Positions 20,018 through 38,745 of a stretch of DNA of 64,000 nucleotides are shown in pieces; positions within the stretch are counted from its first letter, which is position 1, and each line of letters begins with the position of its first letter. The notes beneath the pieces are model-generated. The model was not told where the DNA came from. It searched no databases and saw only the letters and a program-made list of their open reading frames with translations. Source of the DNA: the human T2T-CHM13v2.0 reference genome, Homo sapiens; NCBI RefSeq assembly GCF_009914755.1, contig NC_060934.1. The stretch is one strand, 5' to 3'. A program made the position numbers and the translations under genes.

Positions 20018-20484
20018 CACACACACAAATATGTAGTGATAAAACTATATAGATGATATTTCCATAATTAATACATGTTTATATTAATGTCAATTTTAAT
20101 GTATGAATATGTATTAAATAAAAACCCATTTCATTTACATATACATGTATATCCTTCCTTCCTTCCTTCTTTCATTTATTATTTTTTATTTTCATTTATT
20201 TATTTTCTTTTTGGGCCTGCCTGGTCTTCTCACTCTGGGCTCTGGTGACCTCAGCCTCCCAAGTAGCTGGGACTACAGGGATCTCTTAAGCCCGGGAGGC
20301 AGAGGCTAATGTGGGCTGTGATCGCGCACCTCCACTCCAGCTTACGTGAGGTGGGGTGAGGAGAGGCGAGGTGGGGTGAGGTGAGGCGAGGTGAGGTGAG
20401 GTGAGGTGAGGTGAGGTGGGGTGGGGTGAGGTGGGGTGAGGTGGGGTGAGGTGGGGTGAGGTGGGGCGAAGTGGGGCGAGGGGG
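19935..20484 (+). other. dispersed rDNA intergenic-spacer-like fragment
   Basis: Colinear motifs recalled from the human rDNA IGS: TCTTATTTTCTG..(CA)n..GTAGTGATAAAACTAT..GATATTTCCATAATTAATAC..GGGACTACAGGGATCTCTTAAGCCCGGGAGG..CCACTCCAGCTTACGTG..(GTGGG)n; not verified by search. Confidence 0.8.
20346..20484 (+). repeat. G-rich pentamer tandem repeat (GTGAG/GTGGG/GCGAG)n
   Basis: Direct reading, ~27 pentamers. Confidence 0.95.
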
Positions 20485-20499
20485 CACCCGGCCCTATTA

Positions 20500-20760
20500 G
20501 CTCTTGAAAACAAGTTGAGATGTGATTTCCCCAGAAGACTTCCCTCGCAAGGACCTGACTGCCACCACCATTCTGTGATATGCCCTGGGCTGGCCTCTAT
20601 CACATTCAAAACACCGTACTGTAACTATGTACGTATGTCTGTCTTCCTACTAGACATGAGTTTTTTTTGAGGGCCAAGGCTCTGTATTTTATTTCTGTCC
20701 ACTTGGCGTTTAGAAGTACCTGAGACATAGAAAATGTTCTTTGAGTTGATCAATGAATTT
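20500..20760 (+). mobile_element. L2 3' relic
   Basis: GTCTGTCTTCCTACTAGAC...TTGATCAATGAA resembles the L2 3' end. Confidence 0.55.
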
Positions 20761-21204
20761 TACAACAATAAAGAGAAGGAAACAGGCTCAAAGGAGTTAA
20801 GTAATTTGCTTAAGATTACACAGCTAATAAGTTGTGAGCTAATAACTCCAGCCACAGGTCTTCTGATTCTAAATTCCCCCAAACACCACCTTGTGCACCA
20901 TCAACCATTTGTGAAGACTCTTCATTTACAATACAAAAATTAACCTTTTCTTGGGTATTCCATGAGCTGGGAATGTAGAAATAGACTAGGCAAGAAAAAT
21001 TTTCATTCTATGTTTAAGCAGAAGTAACAGGGGTTCTCAAGAAACAGAACTCTGAGAGATCTGTCCAGCCTCAGAGCCAGTGTTTTAAAGAAGTCCTGGA
21101 GCCTTAGGCCATATATGGGTAATCTAGAACAAGTATCTTCAATACACATAGCGTGTGAGAAACTTTTTGTTAAATGAATAAATGGAGAACAAAAATAAAA
21201 TGAA

Positions 21205-21810
21205 AAATGTTGATCAAAGGGGACAAAGTTTCAGTTAGGACCAGTAAGTTCTGGAGATCTATCATATAGCATGGTGACTGTTAATCTACTGTGGAGTAAA
21301 CTTGAAAATTACTGTGACAAGGCTGGGCACGGTGGCTCATGCCTGTAATCCCAGCACTTTAGGAGGCCGAGGTGGGTGGATCACGAGGTCAGGCGTTCGA
21401 GACCAGCCTGGCCAACATGGTGAAACACCGTCTCTACTAAAAATACAAAAATTAGCTGGGAGTGGTAGTGTGTGCCTGTAATCCCAGCTACTCAGAAGGC
21501 TGAGGCAGGAGAATCACTTGAACCCAGAAGGTGGAGGTTGCAGTGAGCCGAGATCGCCACTGCACTCCAGCCTGGGTGACAGAGCAAGACCCCATCTCAA
21601 AGAAAAAAAGAAAAAGAAAATTGCTGTGACAGTAATTGCTGTGACAGTAGATGTTAAATGCTCTCACCACAAATAAAGATAAGTGAGAAGCTACTTATGT
21701 TAATTAGCTTGAGTTAATCATTTTACAATATAAACATAACAAAGCATCACACTGTACACTGTAAACAGATACAATTTTTATGTGTCAATTGTATCTTATC
21801 AAAGTTGGGA
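21205..21810 (+). mobile_element. old L1M 3' end interrupted by AluS (21321-21615)
   Basis: AAAGTTTCAGTTAGG...TCTGGAGATCTA...AATTTTTATGTGTCAATT; Alu TSD GAAAATT(A/G)CTGTGACA. Confidence 0.8.
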
Positions 21811-22388
21811 AGAAAAACAACTCTAACTCCTGGTTTCACTGATAGGTCACAGGTGTTTTCAGTACCTTCGGTGACTCAAAACAAAAAAATAAACTTATAA
21901 GGTTCTCTTTCCAAAGGAAGTAACTATTTGGTTTTAACTAAAACACAAATAATATTAAATAAAAGAAATGAACAAACAAAAGAGCTCCCCAAATCAACTT
22001 ATGTATCAGCTTAGAAATTTAGTATAGCTCAAAAACAGAAAGAAAGTTATTCTCTTTCCTATTTAGGTGATATTGGTGACTATTTTCAAACTAAATTCCA
22101 ATGGCTAAAAAACTATGTGCATAAATTTATTTTCTTCTTATACACCACTGGTTGTTAAAATGAGCCCCTTACTAAAATTACTTTAGGAGACACATTGATT
22201 ATTGCTGAAATAATGAGAATAACCAAGAATGTTTAAACTCCCCCAGACAGATATTCATGGAAAGTAAAAGCAAGCTAAATCGAACTGCACTAAGATATAT
22301 TAGTTTTCTTAGGGGAAAAAAAAAAAATCTAAAACCCTGGTCCAGCATTTTTTTCTTAAAATCAATTATGTTTACTAAATGAAAATAG

Positions 22389-22690
<302 letters not shown>

Positions 22691-23646
22691 AAAAGTCAAA
22701 TTAAAATTTGACCTTTGACTACCACTAAGAGTATCAGTAAAAAATCTCATTTCAAAAATTATTTTAAAAATTAGAATGTCCAACTTGCTCAGTAAAGATC
22801 GACTTATATAAGTAATGCAAAATGTATTACTAATACAATGAGCCATCACGTTCCCAAGATGTAAATTAGTCAAATAAACACCAAGTATCATAGTTACTTG
22901 GATAAAGTAACTCTTGGGGAGGGGATAGAAAACATTTCCTAATAAAGGTTATGGCAAATGATTTTCTTGTACCATCTCTAAGAAATATTAGCATATATAC
23001 CCTTTCCTTCTTGTACAAAGAAAAAGTGATTCAATGAACTTGTCAAAGCATAGTTTAGCAAAAAAAGAGAAAATTCAAGTGTCTGCTTTGGCTTACATCT
23101 TCAGGCAACTCCACACACAGTCCACAATAATTCAGGTATTAATCCTACTGTAAGTAAGTGGACTCCATTGTTCCAGAAAGAAGCAAAGGAAATTAGATTG
23201 TGATAAAAGTTTTTTAAAATTGGAAACTATTGAAAATTAAGTAGGACTTTCTGCAAAAAGCTTTACTATTGCATTCACTGCAGTATCACAAGTAAAAATC
23301 AAATGGTTAGGTCTCCTTATGATGCTATAATAAAGAAACTGGCAAGAGGATCTGGCATACTTAGAGAACAAGTTTCTAAGTGTGTCTGCCCCATCAAATG
23401 TGAGTTTCTAAATACATTTGCTAATGAAGTGGTTGGCTAGAGAAATGTAATAAATCAGTATAAAGTCAGAACATTTCTTTAAAAGCAGCAAGATTATAAA
23501 CAGTGTAATTATAAAATACTATGAAAAAGTGCTATACTTGGATTTCATTGTTAGTTGCTTTAATGGGGAAAGGTTGATGGAGGAGAAAAGGTTAAAAACT
23601 GTAATTGGGCCATAGAAAACCTCTTTCTAAATTAATATAATCATCA

Positions 23647-23790
<144 letters not shown>

Positions 23791-25381
23791 CTACTATAAC
23801 TTGCCTAGTTAATTAACACAATACTACAAAAGCAATGAAAACCATTCATATTAGAAGAGACATTAAAGCCCATCTGGTTTACCTCCTTCTTTTACAGAGG
23901 AGAAAGCACGTTCCTGTGGTCCCTAATCAAGGCTATACACATATATTCCAGCTCTTTTAATTGACAACTTGTTCTAGAGTTCTCTCCACTAAACCACAGC
24001 ACTGCAAATTTGACTTTCTGTATGACACAGTGATTCATTATCATTTCTGAATAATACTAACATGGACTTTATAAATTCTACTAACCAAACACAGCAACAT
24101 ATATATTTCACCATGAAAAGAGAAACCCTACCTTCATCTCTAATCTCCCATTTGCCAACATATAGCTTCCACATTCAATTAGACACAAATACGAAGTTTT
24201 AGGGTATATCTCTGGATTATTCTTTTGCTGATATTATTGTGAACAATTAAATTTAAATTCTATTAATGTAGCCTTCAAATTTTAAACATTCCTCCCTGGA
24301 CTGAATGTGTAATTACAGAACAAAAATACAGAGTTCTTTTTTCTTTAATAAAGAGCTAGTATACAATAAAAAGTGGAAAAATGATACTGGATGTGAAAAA
24401 GATAAAAACTCAATTTCTTTATAAAACTAAAAAATAAACTGCATTATGCCAGTTCAGAATTCTGAATAAACTTTTAGCATGATGTACCATATATAACATA
24501 CTTAAAGCTTTTATTTGTATATCAAACTTTACCTTTTGTACTTTAAAAAGGAAGTTCACATAAAGCAGTCAGCAATGACTGACCTATCAGCTATATTATG
24601 ACCACTCCTTAACAGCAAAAGTTAATAGCTCCAGCCAAGAAAATGAGTCAATTCCTTCAGCAGTTACTCTAAGTTTGCCTAGTCCTGGGAAGCTGAAATA
24701 TGTTGAGCCTATTTTCCCTCTAATGGTGCAGCATCCTCCTCTACCAGCAGATCCACCAATCCCTTTGCAGGATGAACAGGAGATGACTAGCACCTGGAAT
24801 ACTTCAGATTGCCTGCTTAGTTCTAATCCAGACAAACAGCAAATTGAAATATGTCATAAGAGGATTTCAGAAGTATGATCTGACTAACTAATAACTCCCA
24901 GGGATATCAATAAAATTCAATCACTACTATATAATTCACAATTTATAACACATTTACAATGAATCTGGACAAAAGCAAAATAAAAGTTAAAAAAACTTTC
25001 ATTTTTTTCTCAAAACACTTTCGGAAATGAGAAATTCCAGCTTTAAAATGCTCATAATTTAAAGTGCAAAGCTGGCTTTAAAAGGTATATTCCAAGCTCT
25101 AAAAACATGTTTTACCTCTTCAGTAGTACTATTTGGTAAAGTTTTATTGACGATAATATCAATATGCCAAAAGAAGATACTGATTCATCCTTACATTTAA
25201 AATCTGACTACAAAGACTCTCGTATCTATAGCTAGTCAAGAACAAACAGACTCCAATAAATTCATCAATTCATATGGCACTACAAAGACCAAAGTTATAA
25301 AACCTTCCTTGATTATATCATTAAAATAATTGTGTTAGCAAAGCTTATTAGTAAAAAATATATGTTGACTAAACTTATTTT

Positions 25382-25548
25382 ATTTTTTTAAATTTTATTA
25401 TTATTATACTTTAAGTTTTAGGGTACATGTGCACAATGTGCAGGTTAGTTACATATGCATACATGTGCCATGCTGGTGTGCTGCACCCACTAACTCGTCA
25501 TTTAGCATTAGGTATATCTCCTAATGCTATCCCTCCCCCCTCCTCCCA
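25382..25548 (-). mobile_element. 5'-truncated L1PA2/PA3 3' end
   Basis: TTATACTTTAAGTTTTAGGGTACATGTGCAC...; TSD GACTAAACTTATTTT at 25367-25381 and 25549-25563. Confidence 0.92.
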
Positions 25549-25667
25549 GACTAAACTTATTTTAAAATAAACAGGATAAAAAACAGCATTTTTCAAACAC
25601 TGTTTAAGGGCATTAATTAGATCTCAAAGAGCCTTAAAAATTCAATGAGTTTATTTACCTTTAATAG

Positions 25668-26012
<345 letters not shown>

Positions 26013-27344
26013 CTAATATTATTCAGGTTTTTGGCCTAGGTAAAAAAGAAATGTAACAATTAAGATTGACTGGCCTAAAGTATAAAATAAATTACTTTTA
26101 ATTACAGCTTTAATTCCACAGTTTTGAGATACTTTGGTGTAAAATAAAGGTAATTCTTGATAGTTATATTTAAGATTAAGATGTAAAAAATGCAAATCAT
26201 CACTAAGGCAGGATGGATTAATTTACATGAGAAAACTGTACACTATTAAGTATACAAATGGATTTCAATCCTATGTATCTGAAAACTTGGACTTACTAGA
26301 AAAAAAATAAAGGACAAACTCCCTCTACTGGTAATTGGAGACAATTCAAATGGAGAGAATAGTATTTTTGGAATCAGAATTTTACAGACAGAAACTCACT
26401 TCCTATTTGTAAATGGGGAAACTAAAACCTGAGGAAGACTATACATCAACAAATAAAGTTTAAAGAGTTAAAAACTATAAATAGAAAATAATTATTTCAA
26501 GGAAAGAGGAAAGAAAAAACTAAAGGAAAACTTCATTTCTGCCAGCTCCTATTCTCTCCCTTAATTTCAATCAGGGACACATGATATTTAAAAAGAAATG
26601 TAAAAGACTGCCAAGGCCAGGCATGGTGGCTCATGCCTGAAATCCCAGCACTTTGGGATGTATCCTTTCTGCAAAATTTGTAATAACCTTGGATTATAGT
26701 CTGCCCCATCCAATGAATGTCTGCACAAATGCTCTTCTTCACATAGTTTCTAAAATAGTCTGTGCTACAATCTCTTTTCAAAGAAGATGTAAGAAGTCCT
26801 AATTTAGCCTCCTATTCTGAAAGTCTATCATGCTTGCCTTCCTGAAACCTACCTGACTGGTTACAGGACTCTCCTCTATTAGTTATTACCACGAAACTAA
26901 TAACCACTATCAATCACTGTTACTACTTACTCTACTAGCAGTTACTTCACATATATTTACCTACATTACAGGACAGAAATAAAAATATTACAAGGGCTGA
27001 ATGAGGTATTTGGTCAAAATTCAAAAGGAAAACTGGTAAGTGATATTTTAGGTGTTGAATTCTAAGCTTTCTTCTGATATCAACATTTTTATAATTTAAA
27101 ACTGCTTAATAGCAGATGATAGACTTACTCAGAATAAGAGACATGCTTTGACAAAGAACTGTATGACATTCTTCTTAGCATTTTAGTATTAATATTAGTA
27201 ACTACAATAACTTACATTCTTCCTAAAGGGCAGACTGACTATAATTTCTGAATCTATTTTTATCACATGAACCCTTAAGACTCTGAAAAAATATTAAAGG
27301 TGATATAATATGAAGACAATTATTAAAATTCCTTTAGTCTTCTA

Positions 27345-27443
<99 letters not shown>

Positions 27444-27569
27444 CTAGAAGGAAAAAAATAAAATAAAATAAGCTAAATGGATCAACATCTAAATTCAAAG
27501 TAAATATTTATTAAATAATCTAAGCATCTAAAACATTTTTTTCTTCCTCAAAATGTTGATGAAATCTGA

Positions 27570-27928
<359 letters not shown>

Positions 27929-28040
27929 TAGAAGCCACAATCTACTCACAGAACCAAACGTAATCAGGCATCCATTTATGAATCATTTGTATCAACGTAC
28001 TGAAATGATTAGTAAATGCTCATAGTAAAACACATATTCA

Positions 28041-28196
<156 letters not shown>

Positions 28197-28549
28197 CTAT
28201 AAAAAAGTTTTAGAAAATACATGAATTCAAAAGAAAAATAATAAGTCATATTGGTTAATAATAATGTGTCGGTATTGCTAGGTCTTTGATCAAAGGTTCT
28301 TGCATATACACTTATACCCAAGGACTAGTAATATATTCTTCATAAGTCAAAGCAACTAATCAAAACCTTTCAAACTTTCTTTTTAAAGACGTATTTTAAA
28401 TAAGTGAATAAAAACCACCTATCTAGGAACAATAAATCTCCCCTTAAACAAAAACTTTTTTATACATTCATCTCTTATTTCAGCACTGCAAAATGCCCCG
28501 TTACTATACATAAGATACCTTAAAAGGATTTTATGTTGTGTTTTGTTTT

Positions 28550-29238
28550 AAAGACTTGGGGTCTCACTGTTGCCCATGCTGCAACGCAGTGGCTATTCAT
28601 TGGAGCCATCATGGTGCACTACAACTTCGAACACCTGGGCTCAAGTGATCCTCCTATCTCACTCTCCCAGTAGCTGGGACTATTGGCACATGCCACAGCT
28701 GCTGGCTCTTATAAGGTTTACAGATAGTATCAAATGAAAGATTACATAAATGATTACTGGGAATACTCCAGCCTGTAGTCAATTGAAAAAGTTCTATTTA
28801 GGCATATTTTTAATAGCATCTACTGAGTGCTGAAGAAAACTATTTCTTTAAAATTATTCAAAATTCTGTTGTTACCAGGTCAGAAAATCTGAATCTCTAA
28901 TCTTGAAATATAAAAAGCTCATTAACACTACTTTTTTTTTGTAATTAATCTATTTAGAGGCAGGATCTTGCTCTGTCACTCAGGATGGAGTGCAGTGGTA
29001 TGATCATGGCTCACAGCAGCCTTGATGTCCCAGGCTCCAGCAATCCTCCCACCTCAGCCACCTGAGTAACTGGGACTAGAGGAACACGCCACCAAGCCCA
29101 GCTAACTTTTGTATTTTTGGTAGAGACAGGGTTTTGCCATGTTTCCCAGGCTGGTCTTGAACTACTGAGCTCAAACAATCTACATGCCTTGGCCTCCCAA
29201 AGTGCTACTATTATAGGCATGAACCACCACACCTGGCC
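28550..29238 (-). mobile_element. FRAM/AluJ piece (28550-28710) and AluJ (28935-29238)
   Basis: Alu consensus; TSD AACACTACTTTT around the second. Confidence 0.85.
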
Positions 29239-29303
29239 AACACTACTTTTAGAAATTAAAAATTAAGTTTCTTTTTGGAGGTTTAAAAAAGAGCACACAG
29301 CAA

Positions 29304-29440
29304 CTGGGTGCAGTGGTGCACACCTATTGTCCCAGCTGCTCAGGAGGCTGAGGCGGGAGGATCGCTTGAGCCCAGGAGGATCGCTTGAGTCCAGCCTGGG
29401 CAACATAGTGAGACCCTATCTCTTAAAAAAAGAAAAAGGA
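29304..29440 (+). mobile_element. FLAM/FAM monomer
   Basis: 7SL-like monomer with internal duplication of GGAGGATCGCTTGAG. Confidence 0.8.
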
Positions 29441-29854
29441 AAAAAGGAATGCATATTATATTCAAAATGTCTACTATGCAAGAAAATTTATTGAATAACA
29501 CAGGATAAATATGAACCTGCTACCACTTATCGGTATGTAAGCAAGCTGAAATGATGTAAAAATAAATTGAAATGGAATTGCACTCCAAAATCTGTACTTA
29601 AAGGAATATTTTAGGTGTATTCATTTATAAGTAGTAATAATCTTTTATCATTAATACTGATTATCTTGTGAATCTTCATATATAAACATATACATTTTGT
29701 CCTTTTAATACAGTATTTGTATATCCCACTGTGTGACTACACAAATACACATTTAACCAGATGAATTGTTTCCTGTTACTGTACACAATGCTGCAATGAA
29801 CATCTTTATGTGCTTGTGAATGAATTTCTAGGACAATACCACATTAAAGACTTA

Positions 29855-29947
<93 letters not shown>

Positions 29948-29994
29948 CTACATTTAAAAATATTTTAAAAGATTACTTCCTTTCTAATGATTTA

Positions 29995-30446
<452 letters not shown>

Positions 30447-30995
30447 TTCTAAAGCTTTATGTAATAATCATAAATGTAAACTAAATAAAATATACATCAT
30501 AAGGTAAATTTTTAAAAAGAACAAGTCAAATATCAAATCATCACTTATTGACCAATAAAGCAACTGATATAAGTAATACAAATTTTTAAAAGAACACCTA
30601 GGTGAGTTTCGAGTGGTTTTATAATTTTTGACATTGAACAAGTACTTTAAAAAAAAGTTACAAAAATCTTGTAAGCAAGTTTCCTTCAAAGGTTACCCAA
30701 ACTTTATCATCAGATTTCCTTTAGATTTCAGATGTAACAGAATCTACATGAAAAGTATTGCAAATTATTTCAAAGTAGATATACATTAAAACCCAAACTT
30801 TGTAAAATGGTTATTCTTTAAGACACATAGTATATTGCATTCCTTACATAAATGCCAAACTATATACAATGTAGATAATTTTCCTTCTATTTTTCTGAAA
30901 AATGCTACAAAAACCAAATTAATTTGATATTCTGAGTTCTCATTTTCTAATACTGACTTTTCATAAGATTACTTTTCAGCAACCACCAAACTTAC

Positions 30996-31055
30996 CAGTT
31001 CAGGTGCTTTGCAAACAGACTTAGGTTCTCTGTAATTTACAACTGACGTAAGGGC
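30996..31055 (-). CDS. CUL2: cullin-2 exon 12
   Basis: cag|GCC...CTG|gtaagt; ALTSVVNYREPKSVCKAPEL; 60 nt. Confidence 0.97.
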
Positions 31056-31630
31056 CTGAATAAAAAAACACGCCATAATTAACCACCAGCCATAGGGAAA
31101 AAGTACAGCTAGTTCAATATAAGCCATAATCTGTACATCCAAAAATTACCCCGCCACATAAAACACAGCATTGCCGGTAGTTTGTTAATATTTTCATGCC
31201 TAACATGGTAGACTCCTCTGACTTTATTCTCTAATTACAAAATATCTATATATCCTGTTGCTATTCCAAGATATTCTGTAACTCATTATCGAAATTTGAA
31301 CAGATAAAATAACGTTACTTAAAAAAAAACTTACAATCTTGTAAGCAGCTTTCCTTTAACGTATGCAAAAGTTCATGTAAAACATATCTATTCTCTTTTC
31401 AAATATTATTCAATATAGCCTAAGTATTATGGCCAAAGAAAAAAAATCAGTACTAAAAATTGCAAAATTATGCATGTCTATCCAGAACATATCAGATTAA
31501 AAATTCCCCTTATATAGCATAATCACGGGACATTCTACAAGCATTCAATTTAACTATTCAGTTAATAATTTAAAAATTATATTATTTCTATTTTGAATTT
31601 CATATCAAAATTACTTAATCTCCATGTCTA

Positions 31631-31834
<204 letters not shown>

Positions 31835-32014
31835 CTAAAAATGAAATATAAGTACAAAACCACATTTTAAGAGGTTCAAGGATATCCAAACTATGAGGTT
31901 TATTAGACTTATTAGTAAATTTTTCCTCAAGGAAATTATGTTTCACACATGCACACTTCTCAGAAAATGGTTTTAGCTAAGACGGTCTTAGAAATTTACA
32001 ACTTTGGTGTTGAA

Positions 32015-32371
<357 letters not shown>

Positions 32372-33668
32372 TCATAGACTGTCTAGTACCTGTCAGAAGA
32401 ACCCACCAAAAGCATACTTTTCTACTGTGTTGGAATAACTTATCTTAAGGATAACAAGACCTGAACTACCAGGTCTATCACTTTCATAGAGGCTTAAATA
32501 AGCAAAGACTGCCTGCAAAGTCACTAAAGGCTGAGAGAAAGGAGAGTTAAAAAGCCAATAATCCTGAGAACAGAGACCCCTTGAACTCGGCAAGACAATC
32601 CCTCACATCTCAGAGAGAAGAAATACCTAATAGTACAAAAGTGAGTTTTCCCTCTTAATGGAGATAACCATGAAGAAGTTACTACCTAAGACTTAACTAA
32701 GTCAGTTGGATTTGAGTCTACCACAAATGTATTCACTTATGTTTCCATCTCCCAGCCTTGATACAAAATTCGATGCTTCTATGCCCAATGTCATTGGACA
32801 TGGAATCTATAAACGTAATAATGTAAACTAGTAAGTTTGACAAATAATAGAGTAATAAACCTGAATACTATAAACTAATAGTTCTACAAAAAATAGAAAA
32901 CTGTGGTAAAGGGAATTTGAAGAAATAAAAAAATAGAAAACTTACACATTATTGTGGCATAACATAAAAACTAAAAATTATTACTTGCCAAAAACCAATC
33001 TGCAGCTAAGGTAACAGCCTCTAAAAAGTGCTCCTGAACAGTGACGTCTATACACAGATACTATCTTATAGATGAAGGGCAAACAGCTCTACTTAAGAAG
33101 AGACAGTAACATTTGAAGTTATTTCTCTCTTGCTCATCAAACATTACCAGTAATAACAAGATTTGGTGATGGGAAAGACAAACTGTTACAGTACAAACTG
33201 TTACAGTCATGTGATTGGCAAAGTATTCGAGAAAGATGAGTATTAGGGATATGAGGGTTATTGTTTTAGGTATTTGGGGCAGCAAGCATATACTTACAGA
33301 AGATTATTTTAATCTAAATTTGCTTCCTGGACAACCAAATTCAGAGGATATGGAAAGGAGGCAAATTGCAAGTCGTCTATATTACCACTGATTAATACTA
33401 CTACCATGACAACAAACTACGTTATCAATGCCAATTACACAAAAACACAGTTATTTAAAAATGGCGAGCTTATTTTCCTGTGGAAAGTTAACAACTGTTC
33501 AATGGACACCCTCCGTATGGCTAAGCAGCAGCCTATCAATAGCTTTCTAATAATCTGATAATTCCAAAATGAGTCCAACAAATTCTAGGTTTAAAACATT
33601 TGAATAAAGACATTTCTTTCGTTGGCATGGTAAGACTTTTTCTTTCATCTTTCAAAACAATAAAGTCA

Positions 33669-33881
<213 letters not shown>

Positions 33882-34179
33882 TTAACTCCCAAATATTTTC
33901 ATTTATTAGGTAATATATGGATCCAAGTGCAGGAGTACAATATACGGATCCAAGTGCAGAGCACCCAGAGAAAAGTCCCCCATGCCCACCTCCCAGCCAC
34001 CCAAGCCCCTCTCCCCACAGGAAAGGGATGTGGTTATTTAACATCTTCCCAAAGATATTTTGTGCAAATTCAAGTGAATACATATATTCTTCCCTTTGCC
34101 CCTTTTAATACAGTGTACTGTATTTTGTATATTATTTGTAGCTTCAGAACACATTTTAACTTAGTGGTCTTTTCCTATC

Positions 34180-36110
<1,931 letters not shown>

Positions 36111-36123
36111 GTAAAAAACACGG

Positions 36124-37112
<989 letters not shown>

Positions 37113-37476
37113 TCAGATATAGCTGATTTTTTATATTATATAAATTATTACATTTATTACATAATATTTGTATTTCCTTTTTATAGTCTTTGCCTTTATT
37201 CCTACTGTTTATCAGGAATTCTAAATGCATTAAGGAAATTAGCTCTTGTAATATATAAAAATGTATAAACACAATTTCCCACTTTTTCTTCTGATTTTAG
37301 AACACTCTGAAAACACTTTCCTAAAATAGTCTTTCAAAATAAAGTATTAATAATCTGTAAAAGGTTATTTAAAATATTTTAAAGACTATTACTAAAATAG
37401 GCATTAAATCAAGGGTGACTAGAGGATGATATAAAAGGTGGATTTATAATTTAATTTCTACTCATGTTTGGTGTCA

Positions 37477-37644
<168 letters not shown>

Positions 37645-38143
37645 CTATAAAAATATTTTCTTACAGTCATGAACACAAAGTTTTACTATGAGGAAAAATC
37701 TGTAATATCAGCAAGTAACTCAGCCAAATTTTAATGGCTGAATTAAACATGGCAAAGGTAATAAGGGTTACATAAGCAATTTAAACCCACATTCTATAAA
37801 TCATTTCAAATTTTTATTTAAGCTACTAGCTGTCATCTACATTCCACCAGTCTTATAAGCAAGAACTAAAGTTAAATAGTCTGCATTTTGTCTTCATTTA
37901 CCTACACCATTCATCCTATTACATGGACAACATAACATGTAACAGGAAAAGTGGGTACAGATGATTAAATTCAGAACAGGTGATCTCTGTTATGAATAAC
38001 TATCAAACTAAAAAATAAATTATATTGAAATCAAGTAGATGAATCTAATTATTTTACGTTGGTTTCTCTTCTTGTAAATGGAACTGTATGTGCATGATAG
38101 TTAACTACCATATTAAAGATTTAATTAAAATTTTTGAAAGTAG

Positions 38144-38745
<602 letters not shown>

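Noticed and set aside
20251-20670. Pro/His/Thr/Ser-rich repetitive ORFs (PHLTS repeats)
   Set aside because: Translation of the pentamer tandem repeat; no splice, promoter or codon evidence.
24596-24880. Locally GC-richer, non-repetitive block in intron 16 as a possible cryptic exon
   Set aside because: No convincing acceptor/donor pair or protein similarity could be assigned by eye.
26659-26672. GTATCCTTT U12-donor motif on the plus strand (also ATATCCTTT near 62332)
   Set aside because: Antisense to CUL2 with no supported plus-strand exon; expected by chance.
31876-31890. ATATCCTTGA on the minus strand near the exon 11 acceptor
   Set aside because: Intron 10 has a U2 donor (GTGAGT) and a normal pyrimidine tract; the motif is too far upstream for a U12 branch point.
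33270-33310. Faint U6 snRNA-like words (GGCAGCAAGCATATACT; TACAGAAGATTA)
   Set aside because: Too short and gapped; no 3' half, poly(A) tail or TSD.
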